Positions 1 through 14,000 of a stretch of DNA of 64,000 bases are shown piece by piece (the first letter of the stretch is position 1; each line of letters opens with the position of its first letter). The DNA is from Owenia fusiformis. Lineage: Eukaryota. The notes below the pieces were generated by a model. It saw nothing but the letters and a program-made list of their open reading frames with translations, made no database searches and had not been told where the DNA came from. The stretch covers positions 5,642,001-5,706,000 of the forward strand of contig CAIIXF020000001.1 in NCBI GenBank assembly GCA_903813345.2, read 5' to 3'. The translations under genes were made by a program, and so were the position numbers.

Positions 1-1849
1 AGTGAATTTACAAACTGCAAATTGCATGTAATATGTTACGTTGCTTTGAAAAACCTCCTACAGTTCCCATGGAGGGTGTCACTGCAGTACTGTTTCATTA
101 AACATTTTTCACAACCCTGGAAAAAACTATAGAGACCAATTTGAAACAGTGAAAATCAATTTGGGACTCTTAAGGACCATGCGGCGTCCGGCGGACATAA
201 CTGTCGCTTCAACTCATTATAAATCACTTGGTTTTCATTTCATAAAGGTCTTGTGATGGAGAATTATATGAAATACCAATTTCGATCAAATGTGGTTGTG
301 AATCGCCACAATACACCATCTTCCATATCGTCAGTGACAACAAAATCTGAATTTGAAATAATTAACAGAGACAACGGCACATGATATGACGGACTATGGT
401 GGATGTATTGCACTGGAACATAGGAAAATGACAATGTTAACTCAGCACATTTGACCCACATTTACCATTGTTACAGCATCCATTGTTCTGTGTCATATTT
501 TGATCGGTAAAATTAAATCCTTTATAGCGATGATAAAACTTTAACTATACAATGAGTAGAATCAGGCACTTTGATTGATTGTTGTACCAAAGGAATTTAA
601 TCTAGCTACTCTATTAAACATGCAGTTAATGAAAATTGAATTGAATATGAACCTGTGGCTGCCATTTGTAACAACGGTATCTGGCTTTACCATTGTCAGG
701 GTGTTCCGGTGTGATCATATGTTTATGAAAATTAACAGAACATTGAAGATTTAAACGTTTTTAACATTCTGTTTTTGTAATTTAAGTGAAGAACTACAAT
801 TATGATTCTGTCGTCTTGTGAATTGTTCGTTCGCAAACGTTTAGATTTTCTAAAACACATGATGCTGACACACATTTTTGCCAAAAAGATTCTGCCTACA
901 TCTCGCAAAATCATGGAAAAAGTAAAAGAGAAGAGTTACTCCACAGTGTTTATAGTGGGACTCGTCCTTACAAACCATGGCTTACAGCAGTCTCAGTTGA
1001 ATTAATTTCTCACTGTTCATTGAAAAAAGTTACCATTAATCACTCTCACACTTTGTAAGCATGTTATATATTAAGTCCATAATCTGTTATGCCATTTAAA
1101 CAAAAATAATGCCTTATATTTGTCAATTGCATTTTTGTTGTTGTTTGGTAGACCCTTTGCCATACAAGTTGTGGATTTTTCTGGTTTCCATACCTAATAC
1201 CTTCAAATTTCACCAGAAATATTTGCAGAAATTGTACCTGAATTGACTTGTGAGTCGTGACTAAAGTTAAGATGAATTAGATAATACAGTAACTTCCTTT
1301 GAACCCAGAATCACCAAAGCAACACTTATTAGGACAACAGATTCCAACCAGTTTCCCCAAGCTCCATCTTAAGCGGGGGATAAATCAGATACTGTAGTGG
1401 TTAACAGATTTATAGATTTAGATAATGTCATATGGAAATAGGACCTCTTATCTAGAAGTGCTGTTTTTCTAGTTATAAAATTTAATTGAGTGAAAAGAAA
1501 ATTTTCTTCATTGATAGATGTCATGATATATCTATTGTAAATACAATTTCATAATTTCATATACACCCTATGCAGACAGAGCCTGTTGGAAATATTGGGT
1601 GCGGAGCAAATGAGCGGAGGGTGCAGAGCTAACGGTCATTTTTGAATTTAAATTTGGGATATTTCTGAAACTAAGCCGTTTTGGGACTTCAAATATACCA
1701 AGATATGTGTATTTGACACCAAATATCAATACAATTGTGAAAATAGTAGCGCAATTCATTCTATAGCGACGCAGTGTACCTTAAACCTTTCCCAGACCTA
1801 TATATTTTGAAATTATCCTTTTAATACTGAGTCCCCAGCATTCATAAAA

Positions 1850-2736
1850 AATGGAAATTCAGTGGCCATCTTGAAAATTGTAAATCGAACAGATCTACTG
1901 TGTCCCTTGGCATCATCATAGCGGAAAAAAAACGTAATCTCTGGTAACTCAAATACCAGTGAACGGATTTGGTTCAAATTTTATATGATGATGCCTAGGG
2001 ACAAAGGAGCTTCGCTCAAGATGGGATTTTCGAAATGGCCACTGAACTTCAAAATGGCAGCCATTTTTCGTAAAAAACACGCAATCTTTGATAACTCAAA
2101 TACCAGGGAACAGATTTGGCTCAAATTTTATATGATAATGCCTAGGGACACAATAGATCTGTTCAAGAAAGAATTTTCAAGATGGCGGCTTGATATTCAA
2201 AATGGCGGCCATTTTTCGTAAAAAAAGGTAATCTTTGATAACTCAAATACCAGTGAACGGATTTGTCTCAAATTTTATATGATGATGCCTAGGGACAAAG
2301 GAGATCTGTTCGAGAAAGAATTTTCAAGATGGCGGCTGAATTTCAAAATGGACGCCATTTTTCGTAAAAAAACGTAATCTTTGATAACTCAAATACCAGT
2401 GAACAGATTTGGCTCATTTTTTATATGATGATTCCTAGGGACACAGTAGATCTGTTCGAGAAATTTTTTCAAGATGGCGGCTGTATTTCAAAATGGTAGC
2501 CATTTTTCATAAGAAAAAACGTAATCTTTGATAAGTCAAATCCAGTGAACAGATTTGGTTCAAATTTTATATGCTGATGCCTAGAAACACAGTAGCTCTG
2601 TTCGAGAAAAAAATTTTAAGATGGCGGCTGATCTTCAGAATGGCTGCCATTTTTCATTTTCATTTTCGTAATCTTTGGTAACTCAACTGCCATTCGGTGG
2701 GATTTGCTACTCCGTGGAGTTGCTGTTTTTCTAGTT
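1850..2736 (+). repeat. 147-bp tandem array (about 5 copies) of a Helentron/HINE-like non-autonomous element, family A
   Basis: Marker taactcaaatacc at 1945, 2092, 2239, 2385, 2532 and 2679. The end motif ...actccgtggagtt...ttctagtt is shared with copies at 27260-27291 and 34919. Superfamily assignment is inference. Confidence 0.85.
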
Positions 2737-4549
2737 ACCTTATTTATACAGATACTTTCTGGCAAGCAATATGTTTTAATCAGCGAGCATTGACCACTCC
2801 TAAACTAATATTCAACACAGCGTTAGTAATCATTGATATATGCATGACCTGTTCAGACTTGGTACATTTAAACAGGATCAATATATTGTTTACAATTTTT
2901 TAATACTGATAAAATTATTCATGAATTTTCAAGCAATTCATTTAGACAGGGTCAACAGCGAAACATATCAAACTTCAATACATTCTCCTTGCCTGGGCTC
3001 CTCCACTTGATTAGGATATACAGAACATTCATTTAAACCTCTCCTCAAAAATGATATTGAATTTTTCAAAACAGAAAAAACATGTATAAATATAGTAAGG
3101 CATGTAGGTCTGATTGAAAAGATGCAAAAAATCTCCAAAAGCATTTTTTTAAAAAGTAGCCTTGTGACATTTCTTGCCACAAGACAAGAATGATTCATCT
3201 TGGCTATATGCTGCATAAGCATTCATGTTAACATTCTATTTTACTGTATCACTAAGATAGATGAACCTAAATGATTGTTTTCCGTTTTCTCAAATATAGT
3301 ACAAGTGGACCTTTTAATAGATCATCTTCGGTACGCAGGGCTCCGAAATCCAGAATACCTTCTTTCTTTTTAGAAGGAGGTACGGATTCTGGACACCTGC
3401 TTAGGAGGATGAGGGACGATATGCTCCTACTTGGGACCTGGGCTTAACTTGGTGAAAAATGAATTTTAATTTCATATGACTTGCTTTGCTATGCATTACT
3501 CTAATGCACCCAAGGTCATTTTTAGATTCTAGTGGAACCAATGAAACCTTAAACTTGCTTAAACTGATCAATTTCAAAGTTGGAAGTAAAAAACTATAAA
3601 TAGGAACCAGGAATAAGAAGCCAAGTGCCTTTGTAGGTCAAATGTGTTGAGTGGTTGTAAAGGTGACAATTTGACCCTTGCAAAAAGTTTCTTTTTTCAT
3701 AAAGTTAGCACTTGATGCATGTACAAATATCATGCAAAGTTTGAAACACCTTTGAGGAATGATATTCAGGCAACAATGCATTGAGTCCAGGGCTTAAATC
3801 CATAAACAAGATTTGAAGAAGTAACAAAAAGGGGTTCTTGGGGCTTGTGCAAAGCCCCCATTCACCTTGAACCCCCTTTCTGCCAGGAATAACCCCCTTT
3901 TCTGAAAGATAAAGGAACTCCAGGCCAGGAACGAACCCCACTCCCCACAAAGATGACTATTTAGACCTGTTCAAAGGATTTCCCAAAAGAGGGGTGATTT
4001 TAGCGTACGGATGGATTGCTCCACTGACGCACCTACTTTAAGAGGGGGTGGTCTGGGGGCATACCCCCCTAGACCCTCTCTGGTACATTCTGAAAGTTTT
4101 TCTGAAAGACTTATTTGCATCATTAAGCATTCGCCCCAACGCTTTGGACGGGCTTGCTATTTTTGCGTGAACAATGAATCAAACATTTATACTATATAGC
4201 TATTTGATGATGCGCTTACTATATTCCGTAAATTGATTGATTTGTTGAAATCTTTTCGGTCATGCGAACACCCCCACCCACCTCCACCTTGAATCTCCCT
4301 TTCATTATAAGACGAGCCCTCGAAGGGGAAAAAATAGAACCCTTGGGAAATCCTGTCTATGTGTATGCATGGCCAATGCCATGGGCTTTTAAATAACCAA
4401 TACCACGGACTTTTCTTCAGGTCTGTGCATTTACATTGCATTTATATAATTAATTTATACAATAGAATAGTCTCGGTCTAATTCTTCAGTTTTTCAAATA
4501 GCTTCCACTGAAATAGACGAATAGGATTTGCATTCCAACACCTATACTA

Positions 4550-4835
4550 TAAAACATGTAGAGACCAGCGAAAATAGCGACCGGTCGGATTTTTAGCGGA
4601 TTCAACCTTAGCATCCCTATCGGCGAATGGACTAGCCCACTGGTGTAATGTGATTGGCCGTCTCATTCATTCATCAAGGTTGGCTGTACTGCTGTACATA
4701 GCGAAATTCAGCGTAACGACGCCGCCAACTTTCCCCGCGGATATTCCACGCTAAACCTAAAACGTTTCCTTAGAACCATTGCTTAGTATACTCTGGATAT
4801 ATAACCTGATCGAAGGACACTCTTTTCGCCAAGAA
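4550..4835 (+). promoter_or_regulatory. MIDN proximal promoter / 5'UTR region
   Basis: Locally CpG-rich against a CpG-poor background; reverse CCAAT (gattggcc, about 4652); directly upstream of the ATG. Confidence 0.5.
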
Positions 4836-5065
4836 ATGGATAAGAATCTAGAGGAAATGGCGCCAGTGTCCGCTACAGAAAGAAATAACCTGAGCGAAGA
4901 GGGAATCACTTCCAATTCCAATATGAAAATACAAATCTGTCCAACAACTGGAGGACAATTTGATCTGAACATACCAGCATCTGAAACAATTGATGGACTC
5001 AAAAGAGCGGTTGGAAAAAAATTAAAAGTACCAAAAGACAGGATAACTTTACTTTACAAAGATAG
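4836..5065 (+). CDS. MIDN: MIDN coding exon 1 (start, Ubl N-part)
   Basis: ATG at 4836 ([12 protein letters not shown]...); donor AG|gtagg at 5065/5066. Confidence 0.88.
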
Positions 5066-8000
5066 GTAGGATTGTAAAAGCAAAGCCTAAACTTCGTTAA
5101 TAATTTTTTATACCAGCGATCTGTTTTTATAATTGCAAACGAACAAGCATTCTTATATATTGTTTATGAACTTTCCAGGTTATTAAAAGAAGGCACTCTG
5201 TTCGAACATCAAGTCGTGGATCACAGTAAAATCACACTTCTCCCTAATGTAGAGAGTGGCTTAATGGTAAGATAAGAGTTAACACTCGATGTTAACCTTT
5301 TACCTTTGATAAACCCTTGTTGTAAAAAAGTACTTTATGACCTGAATGGTTGGGGATTCCACTTGTACTGATCAAATGAATCACAAAGGAATGTGGTTCC
5401 CAATTTTTGTAATGAGACTTGTAGAATCATCCTGTTTTGACATTGTGGTATCCATGGAAATCGCAAGAGTGATCGAGTGCATCGTGAGTGCATATAAAAT
5501 CTAGGGTGCAGCCCTAACAATGTGACTAATTTTCTATATGGGCCACCATTGGATATTTGGGAACAAAAACCTGTTACTGTATAAAAATATGTCATTAGAA
5601 ATATAGAATAATCGAAAATTTAACAAACTTGACTCGAACCAAACAAAACCTGTATGGCATCTTATTGTGTATTCTGCATACCTATTATGATAAAAACTGA
5701 AAAACTGTTAATTTTAATAAAAATTCTGGCTTGTTTGAAAAGACTTGTATGAAATAGAGAATCCTTCTTTTATTACAGACTAACAAGGCTGAAAATTCTG
5801 TGATGCAGGCCCTAGAAAATTTAACAGAATTACAGGTAAACAAAACATTTTATTGTTCCAAAATATCTGGATGTAAAATTAAGACAGTTTTGAGAAAAAT
5901 TCTGTCCCATGCCAGAGCTGCAGTATAGTCACCTAAAAGTGATGTGATCTACCCATACTTAAATCCTTAAGCACCAATCTGTTCACTCATGTTAATCGTT
6001 AAACAATGTTCTAAATTCCAAAATGTCTGATGTGAAGTATTTTGCCAATTGTGTGATGACATATTTGAGACACAGGGAGTCTCATGTAAATATGATACAT
6101 ATTGTCTACTCTTACTCGAGTCTCTAGCTTACAGCTAGACGAAACTTCATTGATTTCGTATGTACTGTGCTATACGCACCTACACGCACCTACAACTCAT
6201 TTTTAAAAGATTTTATAAATATTTTTAAGAATATTAATCATATTTAGGATGAAGCGTTGCTTGTCTGGATTTAGATATTTCAAAATTTCATTTCGGAGTT
6301 TGACACATGGTGAAATTTTCTCGCTGTAGCTAAAAATGGCTTCCGGTTCTGGACGTGAATAACATTTGAAATTATTCTCGCTTAAAGAAATCAAATATAA
6401 CAATAGATTCAGACGGGGATGTGAGCTGATGTTCTTCAAATCTATACATAAAGGTATATTTCATATTATTATGCCATATTTACTGTGCGTGTGACACAAT
6501 GATTTACAATTTTTATAATACTAAGGCAGCTCAATCTTCCTCCTCAAAGCCGGAATATAGAGAAGGCTTTGGACCGAAGTAAGTCTACTCTATAAGTCCC
6601 CTGTATTATATGTTTCACATATGGAAGCTTGTATTGTGTTGTTTAGTATTCCAATTAATAGGTTGACTAAGAGTTGACCTAAATTGAGGTCATGGTATAA
6701 ATACATATGCAGTTAGTTCAATTCTAATTATTTGGAATGATTGGTAGCTTCATTAACTATGTCAGTATTTCAATATAAGGACTATTTTTATACCTGATAC
6801 AATCCTATATATCAGTTGGGTGTAACCAAGCAAGGTTAGTCGCATGTGAGTGGTCATATCATTGTGAGAGGTAGCCACCTTCTTTAAATTTCCTTTCTTG
6901 AACTATTAAAAGAATGAAAGGTTACAAGTTTAAAAGCTTATTTGATTTCTATAGTCTAATGTATGCACTGAGTGATAAGCTATCCGCCTTTTGAAAAACA
7001 GAACATAAGTTTCTTTGCACATGGTAGGCGTTTGTTAAATACTCTTACAGTAAACTTTGTAGCACTATTTATTAAAGCCAACCTGGGTCTGCTGCCTCTC
7101 AAGATTTGCTTGGTAGAAGGAAAATTACCTGGAAAACAACTATGTACACACATTATCTACCAAAATGTCCCAAATTATGAGTATATTTCTATTTTGTTGG
7201 CTTTGACCCTAGAAGTAGGACAAACCATTGTTTGCAACAGTTGTCCATAAAGCAAATGCATATTGGTTCTATTATTCAGTGTTGAAAATCCTATTACACT
7301 ATGCTTTCCCAATAGCATGGTTTCTAAAGAGTTAAGAGGGAGCTAGGCAATAGGCATTTTGTGTACCCTGGGAGCATAGCTCAACTCACAGCATGTCTAT
7401 TTAAAATAACTGGGTTCCTTCAGCATGACAGGTCACATGACTCATGCTGAAGTATACCTCAAGTATAGGATAATAGATATGGAGTTTCATAATTATATGA
7501 ACATATAATATGGACGAATTTTTTTTAGATTACATCCATCTAAACATGTTAAGAACAGTAACAACCCATTTCATACAACTTCCGTTAACCATACAGATTC
7601 AAATGATGAGTAAATATGTAGGGGTATTTACTATATCCTGTTGTGTTATTTCTTAGCATGAGGTCCACATATAGTACTAATTTATGTAATTATAAAACAG
7701 TGATAGTATATTTTTGTATAATGCTTATATATTTGATGAGATAATAATCTTGATGCTTTGTACCCTCATCATCCGTACATTTTGTGTTTTGTTTTGACAT
7801 AATAATATGAAACTTTCTATTTTATTCTTGGATATTTTTAATGTTTTCTTTGTTAAAATATTTTACTATTCAGTTTGAGTGCAAGGTCATGCAATTAAGC
7901 AACAGTTTGAAATGATTGCCAAGAATCCCAGAATATCAATTCTTAGTGTCAGCTAATATTTGATGCTATTCACAGTTGTATTTATAGTTTTTATTTACTG

Positions 8001-11000
8001 TAATGTTTACAGATTATTATGACTGTTTGTTCAGAATTGCTCTATTCTCTCTTACTTGCAGGCAATATTATGTCCTAAATTCTCTTCCATTTTGCTGGTG
8101 GAGCAAATTAAATATTTTCACAAGGAGGTGCTCAGTGGTAGCTACCTCATGTAAGATAATATTGGATTGATTGGACTAAAGTTCACATAAACTTGGATAT
8201 AAATAGATTTAGAGTATCTGAATAAGATCCAAACATTGTTAGTAGCTATAGGGATGGTTCTAAGTTCTTCACTGTTTGTAAGAAAATATGAATCTCATTT
8301 TGTGTAATACATATGTATTATATATTTTATTGACTTGTTATTGTGGTACTCAAAACACTATGAAGAAATGGCATGGTTTATCAAGATGGTGGCATATCAA
8401 TATTAAATGTTTATAGCTATTACTGTGAACCGTCCTTAGAATTGATCATTTCAGAAGAAAAATATATAGTTAAAGAATTGATAATCTGTACATTTATAAT
8501 ATTATATAATCAGGTGCCTATACTAGAACTCATATAGTTCCTATATACTCACATCCGAAATGAACCTCTTAAAATGATAGTAAAAATCATAAGCTTCTTG
8601 ACTGCTGTGACATCGCAGGTATTCAACCTGGGCACATCCAAAATGAGGGTGAACTGATGGTCAATGAGCACAGACAATAGGTTACCTTTTGAAATATTTA
8701 TCTGCTTCAGTACAAAAGCTCCTCAGGTTGAACACGTTTAACCCTAAAGAATGAACTGGTTTTAGGACTTGATCAACAAAGTCAGTTGTTAGTACACAAT
8801 TTGCAAGCTTCATTGATATTAGTTTTCTACATGTCCTGGATAAATACATAAAATTAACTTTATTCACTTTCTGACATGTCTAATGCCTTGAAAATGATAG
8901 ATATGATTTGCTATCAAACATATTTGCCTAGCCTGAGACAAACTAGAAAGGTAATACGAAACAATCAAAATCGTATCGTACTGCATTGTTACTTTAGGTT
9001 GGCTATCCTTGCCTTTACCTGTTGACGGATGAGCTTTGCCATATTAACTGGAAATCTACCAAATGTTCAGACTATGAGAATACTTTTCAGTAAGACAAAG
9101 TAATAAATGATGGGGTGAAATGATAAGGCTAATAACAAAGCTTGTGGCATTTGAGGGTTGAAGGCTGGGTCAGTTCACCTGACACTTTTGCTTTAGTTCA
9201 TGAACCTTTAGTGGCCTTCTGTCCCATGTATGCTCATCGGACAGACATAAACAGACCTTTATATCCAAGTGTCCGAGTCTTAAGAGGAAGCTCTTTAAAG
9301 AAACAACCATCAATTGGAAAGGATATTTAACTTAATCATTTTATGTATGTAATCTTGCACATAGTTGACAACCTCACTCCTACATGACAAACATAGTCTT
9401 GCGATAAGTCCTTGTGTGACCTTTTCCCATACATATACATAAGTCTTAAATGATATAAGGAAGTCTTGTATCAAACCTTTGTATAACTTCCTTATTCATC
9501 CCACACATATACCTGCATACTATAAAGTAACCTTACATCAATCCCTTGTGTTAACTTCCCCCACCCATACAGGTACTCCTAAATTACCTCTCTCGATGTA
9601 ACAATTTGAATGTTATATTATTGCCTCTAGAATTTAGTGTATGTAACTTCACTCCTACTCACATATATATTTAGCCTGGGCAATGTTCGGTAGTTTTGCT
9701 TGTGGTAGTATAAGGACTACCAATTTGGTGAATTTAGTGTGCAGTTTGGAATCCTGGGAATAGGTTATAAAATAAGGCTTCTTTATTTTTTAGTCCCATA
9801 ACAGATTGGTTTTAATATGTATGTTATGGTCACAATGAATAGATCACATGCTAGATGTATTAAGTTGCAAAAATGTAGAATTAATCGTTTTGGTACTTGT
9901 ATTAACAAAACACAGCAGACCAAAATCTCTTGTTGAAGTTATAAGATATAATGTAAATAAACTGGTATGGATCAAATCACGAGTTCGTGCCTATTGGTTC
10001 TACCATGTTGATTTATGTCAACTCTTTGCCAACTAGTTCACTGATTGCAAACTAGAGTATGTTCGATTATTTGGTTGTGAATTTTGTGGTGAATATCATT
10101 CTCGTTCTGCATAGTTGCACATGTATAAGATATGTACAATGTACATATAATGTGAATATGAATCTACTTGGGTATGTTACATTTAGTTCTTTAGATGTTA
10201 TACTAAAATTTAAAAAATAACATGTGTCATGATTGAAATATATGTATTGATATGATAAGTAAAAATCTATTCACATATTGTGGTACATATGAAGAGAAAA
10301 TAACCTTGCTCCCATATCCTTAAAACATGATTAAGATTTTCACGTTTATTAAGAGCAAAGGTCTAGATATACCAGTAGTATTTGCTCAGTGATTGCAGCT
10401 CATGGTGTGAAGCACGAAGTGCACCTAATCTCCAGTAAGGTCCACTTATAAAGGGTTAATGGTTCGTTTATTGTGTATGTTTTTTATCAGTATCATTTGC
10501 ATGGATAGGAAGTTTAAAGTAGCAGTAAAGGACAGAGAATATAAAATGTTAAAGCATTTTTTATTAACATAAAAAGAACTGATATTTCTAATAGATATAT
10601 AGTAGTTAGAGAAGATGTATTCCCCAGAATTGAATAAGTTAACAAAACAAGAGAAATGTCTCTCTCCAAAATGAATGCAGATCAGATATCCCATTTTTCA
10701 TCATGGAGCCATACTTGTATTATTAGGGACATACCCAGGCCAGGGTCTAACCAAGATTCATAGAAATATATTAAGTCATCCATTTTTACTAAAAATCAAA
10801 TCTATTGATAGCATTGTACATTTTGTATTTTATTCCATTTAATATGCCGAATCTGTTCCAAGTCCCTATGTTACAATTTTGATTAAGCCATACTTTTTTA
10901 AGTAACACATTACATATACTTTTGAAGGTCATATTATAGGCCAGGGAACATTTATACTGTTTTACCACTTACCATTGACGTCATGATTCTTTTAGTTATA

Positions 11001-14000
11001 GGAGTTAATCATTGGATATATGTGAACAACTGTTCAATTATACGTAAACATCAATACTATTTTATGCTAGCTTCTTGCTTATAGTTAGTTAGCCTTGTCT
11101 TATTTTAAGGCCGTTTTATTTGAGGACAAAAATGATAATTTATAGTTGTTCTATACTGGTGTATAGTTAACAAGATCCTGGTCAGACCATAGATATAAAA
11201 TATATAGTTGTGAAAAGGCAAAGAAGAGGGATAAAATGGTTTGATTTGCCATCATGTAGGTTGTGTTCAAATAGAAGTGGAAGACTTTAAACAATACATA
11301 CATACTGACTGAGTCTGCATCAAATTGTAATAAGATGTTTTGTAAATAATTTGAACGGAACAATAAATGAATAAATAAAAAAATAAATATAATGTTCTTA
11401 GCTATACTTATGCAAAATCATTACGCTATTATGACAATGCATGTCAATCAGTTTTGTGATAATACACAATCCCCAAAAACTTATTATGATATACACACTT
11501 GTAAGCACCTGTGTAAGCATAAAAACAATAGAAATAAAAATCTGTTTATATATGGTATGTTTGTTCGGAAAAAAATCCTCAAGCACTTTATTATTGAAAC
11601 ACTTGATACAATATATTTTACAAGAAAGGTTATCCTGTATATAGATTTTTTCCTATAGCTATTAGTGCAATCTGTAGCAGAATCCCAGTAATGCTTAGCT
11701 ATGACGTCAACTGGTGAATGAATGTTATTTGTGAACACAACACTAGTACAGAGGTCATCTGGGTTGCCTGACTTATCTTGTGTGTGGGTAGAATCTGTCA
11801 GTTAATTGTTTGTTTGTTTGTTGATTTCTGCTAGTAGGAGGTTAAGGCTCTTGTAGTTTCAACTCAGAGGGAAGCAATCGCCTTTGAATCCTTATATATA
11901 TAATACAGTCTCATAATAAATAATTAGATAATATTAATTTAGTTTGACCATGTGTTGACATTTTGTCACATTAATGCCTTGTAAGATATTGCGCCATTTT
12001 GTCAGGTTAGCTTTGTGAGGGAATCAATGTGTGTTGTTCTGACACGTTTTACATACATGTAATGCAAAGGTGGCAAAGGCAACTATGTATCTTTAGTGTT
12101 ATACACACCTACACGGTTTACATAAGTTTACTTGGTGTGGGATTTTAAGAGGTATGGAGGTGAAAGGTAGATCAAAAATAGGATTCATAGAATTTGTAAA
12201 GAAATCTATATCTCCAAAGACTTAGAGGGGCTCTCATTAGAATTATATGAAGCTCTCTTTTAGAGGTGTGAGGTCAGAACTTAGTACAGTGCCTAGCAAT
12301 CACATATTTGTTATATTCCTTTGGGAAAAATCTAGTTTAACTTGATTAGATTTATTCGTTCTGAGTAAGTCAGTAAATCCTTTTTATAGTACAGTATATT
12401 GTACATAGAACATTTCTATGAAGTCCCTGTATTCCCTTCTCCCATGTTCTTTGGTCCAGCAGTATTTACCATTCTGATACTCAGACCATCTCTGCAATGC
12501 ACAAGGATCTAGAAGGAAACTGAGAGAAGGCTGTGATATCTCACGATGAGTATTTACAGCTTGGGATAGATGATTTGATGCAAGAGTAGTGCATATTGTA
12601 AATGATTATAGAGATTGTCCATAGTTGACAATGTATGCAGTGGGTTGTGATTCATAAGCCCATATTGATTGTTAAGAGTCCGTCATTATGTTGAGAATTG
12701 ATGGAATTCTTGGTGCACCAACTTTATATGTCAATATTCATTTATAACTTTATATGTCAATATTCATTTATAATACAACAGTTTCTCTGAATAATGCAAT
12801 AGCTAATTGCCAGTATATATTCAAAGGAAATGAATAATTGGAGTAGGGGGAATTTATGTTATATTGAGATTCCAAAGGAATGGATGTAAAAACAGAACAG
12901 TATCATAACACTATTCAGGAATGAGAAATAATGTTATAAAGATAATTCCAATATAACAATTTTTCTAGCCTTTTCTCTTGCTTTAAGTCCATTAGGCAAA
13001 AGTAAAAAGATCAATATGGGCATACAGGACATAGAACAACCAATATGAGCAATTTGCATTTCCAAACTGATAAACAAATATTCAATATATGAGGGAATTG
13101 GGTGAGACTAAACAGATCAGTATGGTGGGTATTAGGAGAGAGTTACCAGAACTAAATATATTAGCCCAAGCTCTTGGTTTACTCAATGATTTCTCAGAAA
13201 ATTCTTCCAAATGTCACTCTACTAAGGGAACAGCAATTAGGATCAGTATGGGAGATTGGAAATGGCTAAGGAGAATCTATGAAATAAATGTTACCAGCAG
13301 TTTAAAGGAACTTGTCCAGAAATGTGAGAAAAATATATTCCTTAATGAAAATGTTTGAACCCATGGTTTGAAGTCAATTCCTGATGTCAAAGTATTTTTT
13401 TAATTCCAGGTGAATGAGTTCCTTGCTGGTAAAGCTCCTCTTACTCTAGCTATGCGACTTGGAGACCATATGATGTTTGTCCAGTTGCAGCTATCAACTA
13501 CACAGCTTAACACCAAGAAAGCTCACAAGTCTAAAAGTAATAAAAACTCTGGGGCACGTCTAGAGAGACAGGCTAACTTCTCTAAAACTTCACAAACTAA
13601 TAATACAAGTGCTAGCCAAAATACCGCTTCTCCTGCATCGATGTCACAAACAGAAACGTCAACATCAAGTGTAGGGACATCTATGGCTGATATGTTGCCT
13701 AGCCTGTTGCCCATAGATTATGATGAACCAATGACATCATTGGACACAGAAGCGCTTGCACAAGCTAGTAGGAATTTATCGAAAAGATTAAAAGAACTTT
13801 CAAAAGTAACTTGTAAGGTAAGAACAATTTGCGCTAAACCTAATACTGATGGGAGGAACATGAAGTGAATCGAGTGGTGTACATGTACTTTATTACTTAA
13901 GGTTGTAAAAGAATGCCATACAGAATATAAAGAATGGTAATAATTAAATGAAAGGATTTTTTGGATCCTGTGTTAGTGCAGTTCATGTAAAGTTCCTGTC

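Noticed and set aside
170..1784. Single TTAA-flanked element (ttaaggaccatgcggcgtc ... gacgcagtgtaccttaa)
   Set aside because: Terminal similarity is too weak to pair the ends with confidence
12721..12773. 26-bp exact tandem duplication (similar ~40-bp case at 52103-52190)
   Set aside because: Ordinary slippage duplications with no sign of function
12600..13360. Possible decayed LINE reverse-transcriptase remnant (similar impression at 21600-22150)
   Set aside because: No unambiguous RT motif recovered by eye; needs a tBLASTn or Dfam search
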